64,000 bases of DNA from Basidiobolus meristosporus CBS 931.73. Lineage: Eukaryota; Fungi; Basidiobolomycota. Made by a program: the position numbers and the translations under genes. The stretch lies in assembly GCA_002104905.1 (NCBI GenBank), contig MCFE01000148.1, positions 62,001 to 126,000 of the forward strand, in the 5' to 3' direction. Shown here one piece after another: positions 11,606 to 21,220 of the stretch (its first letter is position 1; each line of letters starts with the position of its first letter). The notes under the pieces are model-generated. The model was not told the origin of the DNA. It did no database searches and saw only the letters and a list, made by a program, of their open reading frames with translations.

Positions 11606-13489
11606 CTAACAATTCTTAAATATATCATCTATTATTCTAATCGTGCAATTATCTGTACCAATAGTGTTGTTGTATAGAATCTTTATATCTCCCATAAGTT
11701 TGCAAGCCCTTCTGTTAAGATATCCTGTAGATGCAGTACTAACACCCGTATTAACAATCCCTTCTCTGGCTGCCATCTGGTGAACAAAAAATTCATATGG
11801 ATTTAATCCTTTGACGTAAGAAGAATCTAAGTATCCAGTTTCTAATTGTTTATCAAGAGTTTCAGAATATTTGTATGGCAATTTGCATTTAACGGGTTCC
11901 CCATACATGTACTGTTGGCCCAACTTCTGACTTATTTGGGTTAAATTTAGGTCGTTCCCTTTTGCCCCTGACAATACCATACTTTTAAGACCCGTGCCGG
12001 GAGTTTTGCATTTGTCTGATATTGTAGATAATCCTTTCCAATGTAAGTATCTTATACAAATTTTTTGGAGATTTGACACAAACTCTACGCCTTGTTTATG
12101 AGACAGTTGTTTAAGAAGATTATTTATAACCAACTTTGTTACAACCTCGTTGTTATATATGTCTTTATTGCAATCTTTTGGTATCGCCAATCTAAATAAA
12201 TTTCTTCCAGTAAGGTGTATATCTTTTGCAAATGTGTCTTGTTTGCATAATAGAAAGCAGTCCATAAAAATATCAGGGGCAATTGGCTCATTGGTTAAAG
12301 TCATGAAATATGCTCCAGTAATAGTATCCTGGATGGGTGGAGGTGGTTTGATGTTTGTTACTTCCAGTAACAGGTTGAATTTGTGTTCTATGTTGGGAAC
12401 AACAAATATATTCATCTCGTCGCCGTCAAAATTGGCATTAAAAAATGGGGTTACAAGTGGGTTAATAGAAATAGTTTTTATGTCATCCTGTCAAATTTTA
12501 GCTTTAAATCCTAAAACAGAAGTTTTGGTAAGAGAAGGTTGGCGGTTTATAAGAACTTTGTCATCATCCAACAATAACTTCTCGTAAGTTTGGTTGACAA
12601 AGATTAAGTTTGGGTTGTCAATAGGAACTTTGTTGTTAGATATAAAAATAATTTTGTGGTTAGAAAAGGACTTTAAGTTATGCTTGTGAATACAAATAGG
12701 AATACGGATATTATCAGAAATATATTTTGGGATATAAATTGTGTTATAGTCAAGACATGGATCTCCGGTAATAACACTACAGGCAGATCTTTCTGTACGT
12801 TTTCCAAGCATAATGTCACGAAAAATGCCATTTTTTCCGGACAGAAATTTTGCCATACCTTCTGTACGTTTGGTGCCAACAATTTTTGAGTAAGCATGAT
12901 AAATGTTATGAACCTCACCTTTTTTGGCATAGTTGACTAATTGTGTATATTTGGTGGATAAATCTGACATATATTCAGGATCTTCAGGGGAGCAAGTTTG
13001 AATAGGGGGGATGAGAATGTATTTAATAATGTAATTGGTAATGTTGGATTTATCGTAAAGTTTAGAATTCTTTTCAAGAGCAGAACAAATTTTATCTAAG
13101 GATATTTTTATGCCGGATTCTTGAGAAGATTTGGAGGTAGGTTTGCGTAAAACTAACCCGTCTCTAGTGACAGAATAACTACAAAAAAGTTTTGCTTTAC
13201 ATTGTGGGCATTTAGTTTCATCATGATTGGTGACATTAATGCCGCATGAGCTACACATGTTGTTGAGTTTAAACTCTAAATCCTTTTTATACAATGGGTG
13301 ACATATGTAAGTGCCAATATTTAAGTATGCACAATGTCCTGTGCAGTGTTTGTTGCATTTGATGCAAATATCACCATGGGTGCGAGGACCAAATTTGGGG
13401 TCGTAGATATCCCAAGATTTGTTGAGACAGAAGTCAGCAAGTTTGGTAATTTGTTGGTCAGATAAAAGGTTAAGTTCCATAATGTGCAT
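11606..13489 (-). pseudogene. rpb1: RNA polymerase largest subunit (Rpb1/RpoA'-like) N-terminal half, 627 codons, one internal stop
   Basis: DPKFG..CIKC..CTGH clamp Zn, GIFRDIMLGKR, SVITGDP, INRQPSL, NANFDGDEMN (canonical NADFDGD), SGAKG, GLNPYEFF..AREG..TGYLNRR. ORFs 12491-13489 and 11606-12415 are in the same frame. Confidence 0.92.
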
Positions 13490-13530
13490 AGATGTGAGTG
13501 TTGGTAGGGACGTATTAAAAAATTATTCTA

Positions 13531-14412
13531 TTAGTTTGTAGATGCGTATCTAAAACAAACAAATTTGTCGCCAATCATGTATGCATTTTCATGTTCATGA
13601 ATACGTTCACACAATCCGCAATAGGTTGGTTTAATACGATTCAAGGTTACTAGGCCACTGTCAAGGATTTGTCTAACTTTAAAACCGGCAGGGATGGATG
13701 AAGGGGGAGTGTTTGAAGATGGTTTAGGTAAAGGAGGGTGGGAGATGAAATATTGGTGGAGTTGGGATTGGGGGATAGAGATGTGGCGCATAGTTTGTGT
13801 ATTAATATTACCCAATAAGCTATCAGGGAAAGATTTGGGATTAATTTGTTGGGTGCCGAATAAGTATTTCCATCTTTTTTGTTGCCATTTGGTGCTACCT
13901 TCAAGGCGGAAACCTTGAACCGATTTGCATACGCCAGTATCGACACATAGAGTCCAGGGAGAGTTTTGTGAGTATTGGATCAGGGAATTGGTAAAAATTT
14001 TGCAAGAGATGTTGTCAGAGAAATAGTGGGATGATACGATAAGATGGTATGATATTTTTTCTGATGAGGAGATGTTGTAAAACAAAATTTGTGGGGTGCC
14101 GTGACCCATAATGTGGAAAAAGTTTTGGACATCTTGGATGAGGATGTGGGGATCTGAGATGTCACCGTCTAGATCTAGTCTAAATTTTTGGGGGCCCGAT
14201 CCAATAATTTTGGCAAAGAGGCGTTGGGTTGGTTTGAGATTAAGGTACCAGTGTTGGAATGCGTTTAAATTGTCAAACCTGGAATACATGCGATTACCAC
14301 TATGTTGGATAACTATTCCACGATTGTCTATATAAGGTAATTTTTTGACGAATTTTTTTCCAAAAATGGTTTGGGACATATTGGAAAAATAGGGAGGGAC
14401 ATACGAACGCAA
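13531..14412 (-). CDS. Compact PrimPol-like archaeo-eukaryotic primase with C-terminal Zn finger
   Basis: AEP motif I FRLDLD, motif II KISYHL, motif III VDTGV..QGFRLEGSTK; C-terminal CGLCERIHEHENAY..FVC. True start may be the ATG of MSQTIF. Confidence 0.85.
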   Translation of the reverse strand: MRSYVPPYFSNMSQTIFGKKFVKKLPYIDNRGIVIQHSGNRMYSRFDNLNAFQHWYLNLKPTQRLFAKIIGSGPQKFRLDLDGDISDPHILIQDVQNFFHIMGHGTPQILFYNISSSEKISYHLIVSSHYFSDNISCKIFTNSLIQYSQNSPWTLCVDTGVCKSVQGFRLEGSTKWQQKRWKYLFGTQQINPKSFPDSLLGNINTQTMRHISIPQSQLHQYFISHPPLPKPSSNTPPSSIPAGFKVRQILDSGLVTLNRIKPTYCGLCERIHEHENAYMIGDKFVCFRYASTN

Positions 14413-14526
14413 ATATGGTATAAATACTTTTAAAATTTCCGAATTTAATCAAAAAGTGTGCTGGGTGATAAATGGTGTATGTTTTTGGGTTAAAATGGGT
14501 AGTATTTAATTGTACGTATATAGCGC

Positions 14527-14830
14527 ATATTTTTGTTCTAGTCAGCGGTTATAATACGTGTGTATATAATATGTATATATTTTTGTTCTAGTCAACGGTT
14601 ATAATACTTGTGTATATAATATGTATATATTTTTGTTCTAGTTAGCGGTTATAATACTTGTGTATATAATATGTATATATTCTTGTTCTAGTTAGCGGTT
14701 ATAATACTTGTGTATATAATATGTATATATTTTTGTTCTAGTTAGCGGTTATAATACTTGTGTATATAATATGTATATATTTTTGTTCTAGTTAGCGGTT
14801 ATAATACTTGTGTATATAATATGTATATAT
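14527..14830. repeat. Intergenic tandem array, 50-bp unit, 6 copies
   Basis: ttttgttcta recurs at 14531, 14581, 14631, 14681 (tcttgttcta), 14731 and 14781. Confidence 0.95.
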
Positions 14831-14940
14831 TTTTTTTAAAAGCGATGGTTTATGTTCAATATTAATAGTTTGCGTGAAAAGTTTTTTAAAGGCAATGGTT
14901 TGTGTTTGATAGTAATAGTTTGCGTGAAAACTTTTTTAAA
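14831..14940. repeat. Second 50-bp tandem unit, ~2.2 copies
   Basis: ttttttaaa..atggttt..taatagtttgcgtgaaaa at 14831 and 14881, partial at 14931. Confidence 0.85.
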
Positions 14941-17900
14941 CCAGTAGTTGAGATTAGGGTAATATAAAATAGTTTGTCAGCAAATGTTTAGGTGTTAGAT
15001 TATAAAAGAGTTTTGGTGGAGAAAGTTTGGGAGTCGGAAAGGTTTGGGTCGAGAGAGTTTGGGAGTAGAAAGATTAAATTTGGTGGCAACTGCCACTGCA
15101 ATATCAGTACTTGTAGACACCATCAAGTATATTAGGCAAACAACCATTGATTGATAGGAAAAGTTTTTGTCCATATTTGAGCCGTTTTCATCTATAACTG
15201 GCTGAGATTTGCTTAATTTCAGGTTATTGTCCATAAGGGTAGCTGCAGGTTTGCAATTTTCCATTTTGAAGCGTTTAAGAATGTCCCTGATGTACTTTGA
15301 CTGATTCAGCACAGTTTTCTGTGTAGATATGTCATATATGAACCCAATTCCAAGAGAATAGCTCAATTTTCCAAGATCTTTCATCTCAAACTTGGTAAAG
15401 ATACCTGATTTTGTCTGTTAAGGTGCCTCTTGGTCACTTGTATCTCTAATTAGGCTGTCCACACAAAGAACTGGATGATCACACTCTTTTTGAGCTGTTT
15501 AAGATATATACTTTGATTTGCAATGCTACAAGAGAACCCAATTTTCTTTAGATATGCATCAATCTTGTTATACAATGCTCTAGGGGCCAGCTTAAGCTCA
15601 TGCAACAATTTTTTAAACTTGCACACCTTATGGGGGTCTTTTGGGCTGTTAAACCCTTCTTGTTGCTCCATATATATTTCTTCTTGCAAATCCCCATTTA
15701 GAAAGACTGTTTTGACATCCATTTAGTGTAGATCCAGACTGTGTTCAGCCTTCAGGTCTAGAACTGTCCTAATGGAGTCAAACTTGGCAACTGGAGCAAA
15801 TGTTTCCCTAAAGTCTTGTCCCTGGATCTGGGAATAGCCTTTAGCAACCAATCTAGCCTTGTACTTATCAATGGGACCATTTGAGGTTATCTTGATCTTC
15901 TAGACCCATCTATATCCTATTGGCTTTCTCCCATTTGGTAAATCTACCAGTTCCCACGTTTTACCTTGAACAGTAATTGGTACTCCTCCTGCATGGCATG
16001 TTGCCACTTAGTAGCATCTGGACTTTGCATTGCCTGTTCCAAATTCTGAGGTTTGGCACATAAGGCAAGATAAGCTTCTTCATGATCATTGGATGTCTGC
16101 CACCTGCATCCAGGGGCATTTCTTTTTGTGGTAGATCTCCTAACTGGGATAATTTGTTCTGATCTGGAACTGTTAGAAGTATCTTCTGTATCTGGCTTGA
16201 TTTTGTACAAATCTTCTTCATTAGTGTTGATTGCATCATTGGGCAGCTGACCAATGATTTCTGTGGCTTTCTAATCTGAATCCTTCACAAATACAATGTC
16301 TGTGCTCTTGATCAGCTCCTGAATTTTGCCATCATACACTCTATACTGTTTAGCATATTCACAATACCCAAGAAAGATCCCTTTCCTACTCTTTGGTTCC
16401 AACTTTGAGCTTTGTCTGTCAGGGATGTGATTAAAACATCACTGCAAAAGATCTTGAGGTGCTGGAGATCCGGTTTTTTGCCTGTATATGCTTCAAAGGG
16501 TGAAGAATCATGTGGTGCTGCTGTTGGGCATCTGTTTCTGATGTATACTGCGGTAGCAACAGATTCTGCCAAAAACCTGTAGTCCATTCCCTTATCATGT
16601 GACATAGATCATACCATATCTACTATTGTTCTATTTGCACCTTCTGCTACTCCATTTTGCTGTGGAGTATGAGGAACTGCGGTCTGTTAAAGTATACCAA
16701 TAAACAAGCAGTATTTTGCAAACTCCTTTGAACAGTATTCTTCTCCATTGTCACTTTGTTGTACATTCAATTTACATCCAGTTTGAGTTTCTGCCATGTT
16801 CTTGAAGTGCTTAAATGTCTCTAAAGGTTCATTCTTTGTATTGAGGAAGTTCACCCATGTATATCTTTCTTTGTCATCAATCAATGTCATAAAGTATCTC
16901 TTGGCTCCAAAGGAAAGTGCTCTCACGGGGCGATATATGTCTGAGTGTATGATAGCCAATATTTTGGGGGTATTGATGCCTTCTGAGCTCTTGGGATATT
17001 GCCTAGCTTGTTTGTCATATGAACATCCCTTACAAATATTCAATTTAATTGGAATTGAGTATATGAGGCCCAAAACCAGCTGATTTTTCACCAATTGGAT
17101 CATTTTCTGTTCCCCAATGTGTCCTAGCCTCCTATGCCACGTTTCCCAGTTGGCTTCATCAGTTTCAGCAATGTTAACATACTCAGGTACAATGATTTTG
17201 CATTGCAACTTGGATATATTGTGATCTCTGATTCCCAAAGCTAATTTTTGTCCATTCTCACTCAATATTAAGTTGCTCATCTTAGTAAAAACAAACTTCA
17301 GTCCCTGAGCAGTTGCTTTACTGACTGACGGTAGGTTTTTAGGTATTCCAGGCACATAGGGTACGTCAGTGAGTCTTGCTGTTGTTGCCCCTGAGCTATT
17401 GCTCATATTTAGTTGTATAGACCCACTTGCGGTAGCTTCCAGAGCCAAGTTATCTCACAGATAAACCTTTCTTACAGGAATAGTCTTTAGGTTGCTGAAC
17501 CACTACCTTGTACCACAATTATGCTGTGAGGCTCCAGAGTCAATATACCATTCATTACCTTGGTTACTTGCACTCTCTTGTATGGTTACACATAACTGTT
17601 CATCAGTAGTTATATTGCTTGCCTGCTCTAGTTTCTGTTTTCTGTCTGCTTGTTTCTTCTTTCATTTTCCTGCCCAGTGTCCTGGCTTTTTACAATAGTT
17701 GCAGCAACCAGGTTTTCATTGTTTTGTTGCTTTCTCTTCTTTTCTTAGTGCCTTTCTGAACTGAATAAAGCATTATCTTTGACTTTCTCTGCTTGATCAT
17801 TACGTCTGAGTTCTTCATGGAGAAGTCTTCCCTTGACATAATTCAAAGTCAAGTAGTCTTCTCTCCTTTCAAAAGAAAGTATGAGTGGCTTGTACTTGTC

Positions 17901-20900
17901 TGGTAGGCTGTAAGGAAGACAGAGTGTCTTTTCTTCATCATATACACCAGCATTAATACTGCAAAGCTCTTCTGCAAGTGTCTCCATCTTGGTAATCAGT
18001 TCTAGCATGTCATCATCTGGCTTTGTCCTCATGTGGAACAACTTTTGTATTAAATAAAGATTGCTTGATACTGACTTTGCTCTAAAGATCTTCTCTAAGG
18101 ATTCTCATGCTGCTTTGGCAGTATTTAGGGCATGGATCTGTCCAATGAAGGAATCTTGCACATTGATATATATGGCATTAAAGGCCTTTCTCTCCTTCTC
18201 TTGAAACTTCTCCACTTCTTTTGCTGTTCCTTTGGGCTCAACTTCTTTACCTCTTACTATATTTCAAAGCTTTCTTTTCTCAAGGTGGATCTGCATCTTG
18301 ATTCTCCAAAGTCTGAAGTTCTTTCCATCAAACCTTCTCCTTTACAAGGAAGATGTTTGTGTTGCTCTGTTTGCTGGTCAAAGTCATTTTTAGAATAGAT
18401 TAAGGCAATTGGGGATCATAACCCGTTGCAATTTAAGAGGTAATCTGGATATAAGGAACATATCAAGAAGTAGTGATAATAGTTGAACTGTTGTTTATTA
18501 GTAAAGAAGCTCAGTATTTATACCTTTGTAGATGTAATACAGCTATAACACTAAGTAAGGAGGGTTTCTCAGTATTCAGAAGCATTCTATAACAGTTTCA
18601 GGGTTGGTACATAATAGTTGGTAGTGGTGATAATATGAACCTGACTAGAGAGGAATAATCATAAGATCATAGATCTGAAGAAAGTGGCAAAGTTAGAGAT
18701 GTAAATGAGTCCCACAGTGACCAAGACTAGTCCAGATTTGTTAAGTAAACTTTTAGCTGCGGAATGAAACCAAATAGTCCAATATTTCAACAATGCCAAG
18801 GTTTTACAGTGTTTGATCAGCTGCATTTTCTGGTAAGCTTCCAATGTCTTTGCCATAAAACTTGCATCTTTATCAGTCAGCTTCTCTACAGGTCATTCAA
18901 ACTTCATCAGGATCCCATTGAAGATGAATCTTGCAACTTCTTGCTCATTGGCCTCAGGTACATCTTTAGTAAGTGGTCATTTAATTGCATAGTCAATTTC
19001 CATTAGGACCCAATTGTTGCATTTCCTGGTGGTCAGTAGTCTTCCAATAAAGTAAATTCCCCATCTCCTAATGGCCTTACTAGATCCATGGGAAAGAGCT
19101 TTAAAACTGTCTGTGGTTGGCATTGGTTGATTTGAGAACTTGGACATGTCTTACCAGCTTTTCAATATCCCACTTCTTTCTAAGTCACCATGCCCAGGCT
19201 TTCATAAGGCTACCAGTTCCTTCAGTTTAAAAATGTTCATATCTATTGTGTAGATTATGTATTAAACCCAGGCAAGCAATATATGAACAAATGGCATTAT
19301 GGCTTCAATCAACAATTTTATAAAGTGTTTCATCCTGGACTACAAAGTTGCTGGTTTCTTCCCAGATCTTCTTCTTGATAGCTTTATCCATCTCATTAGA
19401 AATAGCTTTGTCCTTCAAGTATTTTAGTGAAAAGTTAGGCCAAGCTGATTCATGCCAATCACCTTCCAAGTAAATAAATTCTGATTGAGGCATGATCATT
19501 CTTTGCAGTGCACCTGACACCTTCAATGTAGTATCCACATGTTTTCAAATATTGTATTATGGCTAGTATCTCCTTCTCAAGCACTGGATAGGTTTGTTCT
19601 GCCATGTTCAGTCTCTTGGATTGCAAAGCAACTGGTCAGTCCTTTTCCTTATTTTCTTGGCTCATTACTCTACCAATTGCATAATCTGAAGCATTTGTGC
19701 ACAAAGTAAATTCTTTTCTGGAGTCAGGTATTCTTATGCTTGGCAGCTTAGCAAGTTTATTTGTGAGCATCTGAAAGGCAGTCTCACAGGCTATGTTGCA
19801 CTGGTAGGCCTTGACTTTTGTGAGACTACCAGTCAAAGGGGCTGCAATACATTTAAAGGACTTGACAAATTTCCAATTTCACAAACCCATTCCAAGAAAT
19901 GATCTGAGCTCTGAACTGCTGTAGGGCTGCTTCAAATTGTTGATAGCTTCCACTCTTTTTGGGTCAAAGGTCAATCCTGTGCTAATAAATATGTGTCCTG
20001 AATACTCAACAGGTCTCTTGTAGAACTCACACTTTGCTAGCTAGTGGTATAGCTTATTCTCTCTCAGCTACTTCAAGACCTTTCCCATGTGTACCAAGTG
20101 GTCCTTTGCTGTCCTGCTGTATATCAATATGTCATCTGAGTATAATACCACAGACTTGTCCACGTACTTATGAAAAATGGTTTGCATCAAAGGCCAAAAC
20201 CCATGATTAAGTACTTGTAATGTCAATATCTGGTCCTGAATGCTGTCTTAGAGGTGTCTTCTGGTTTCACACTAATCTGGTTATATCCAAACATGAGGTC
20301 ATTCTTGCTGAGTAATGTGGCTTCATTGAGTTGGTCCAGCAGCTTATCTATGTCAGGTATGGTGTATGTGCTCTTGACAATAACTGAGTTATGAGCTATG
20401 TAGTCATTACAAATTCTAAGAGTTCCATCCTTGCTATTTGCAAGATGGACATGTGCTCACTAGGTGACATCTGGGTTTGATGTGTCCTTGCTCCAATAAC
20501 TGTAGTAGTTGTCTCTTCAACTCTTATAACTCCAATGGACTCATTGTATAAGGTGGCTTTCTCACTCGAGGGCTATCTCCTGTGTCAATGGCATGATCCA
20601 CACTTTTGACAGATGGTAAACTTATGGCCCTTATTGCTTCCAATATCTTGACTCAACTTTGACACCACCCAGCAACAATCTATCCTACAGCCTTCCAATG
20701 CAGTGTGCACTTCCAAAGTAGATGTCAAAACCATTCAAGTCCCTGTAAAATGATTTCAGTATGGCATAAGTATCTGTGATGAGCTTTCATATGGATATTT
20801 AAGCATTACTTAATTATCTAGCTGGATAATGTACCTCAGTGAGTCAACAGTAAGGAAAGAATTGGGGTAGATAGCTTTGTCATTAGTTTTATCTCAAGAT

Positions 20901-21220
20901 GCTAACAAATGAATTTAGGAAGACATTTAATAAGACCAGTTTTGTGTTATGATCCACTGCTTGAACACTTTAGTTAGAACAGCTTTTGGTCCAATAAATT
21001 GGTTTATGTTTAGCCAATCAAATGGTGGAAAACAATGTAATAATATGAGTTGTCAGCCATAACTTACAGTTGGAAGTGCAATTAACCAAGCTTATCTGAC
21101 AAAATGTATATAAGAAGTTGCTGGACCTCAATAAAAATCAGTTCAAGTTATAGTGAATGCAATACTAGCTAAACTCCCTATTCCTTTACAACTCTTTTAC
21201 CAAGACTTTGAACATTGGTA

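Larger units (their letters stand above)
9529..15086. other. Endogenous large-dsDNA-virus-like (Nucleocytoviricota-like) DNA block
   Basis: AT-rich, intronless, tightly packed PrimPol, Rpb1-N and Rpb5 genes; tandem-repeat intergenic regions; retains CpG; no similarity to the flanking TEs. Confidence 0.85.
9199..18792 (-). mobile_element. Ty1/Copia retrotransposon C1-a carrying a captured virus-like block
   Basis: 5' LTR 18424-18792, truncated 3' LTR 9199-9528, TSD ATGCC (9194-9198 / 18793-18797). Gag, protease, GAG-pre-integrase WHRRLGH, integrase, RT QMDVKTVFLNG. PBS GGTTATGATCCC. Confidence 0.95.
9060..20620 (-). mobile_element. Old degraded G1-type Gypsy (9060-9198 and 18793-20620), the target of Copia C1-a
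   Basis: Integrase sequence ggtgat-ATGCC-aaggtttt rejoins across the Copia; RNase H and RT remnants at 19600-20600. Confidence 0.75.

Noticed and set aside
11606-13489. Host Pol I/II/III largest-subunit gene or retrocopy
   Set aside because: It is intronless, much more AT-rich than the host genes at 57-61 kb, strongly reduced, and clustered with Rpb5 and PrimPol.
12150-14335. Plus-strand and alternate-frame ORFs (12150-12587, 12680-12889, 13694-13918, 14111-14335 and others)
   Set aside because: These are shadows of the Rpb1 and PrimPol frames with no motifs.
10658-14940. Regular 49/50-bp arrays as CRISPR
   Set aside because: Units are contiguous with no unique spacers, no cas genes are present, and the context is eukaryotic.
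14995-15384. Copia RT-virus fusion ORF
   Set aside because: A short RT fragment reads ~30 codons across the junction; most simply a chance by-product of the join.
9199-18792. Retroviral-style transduction of the viral genes by the Copia
   Set aside because: The PPT and the first ~39 bp of the 3' LTR are missing. Normal reverse transcription needs the PPT and regenerates complete LTRs, so capture after integration fits better. Not fully excluded.
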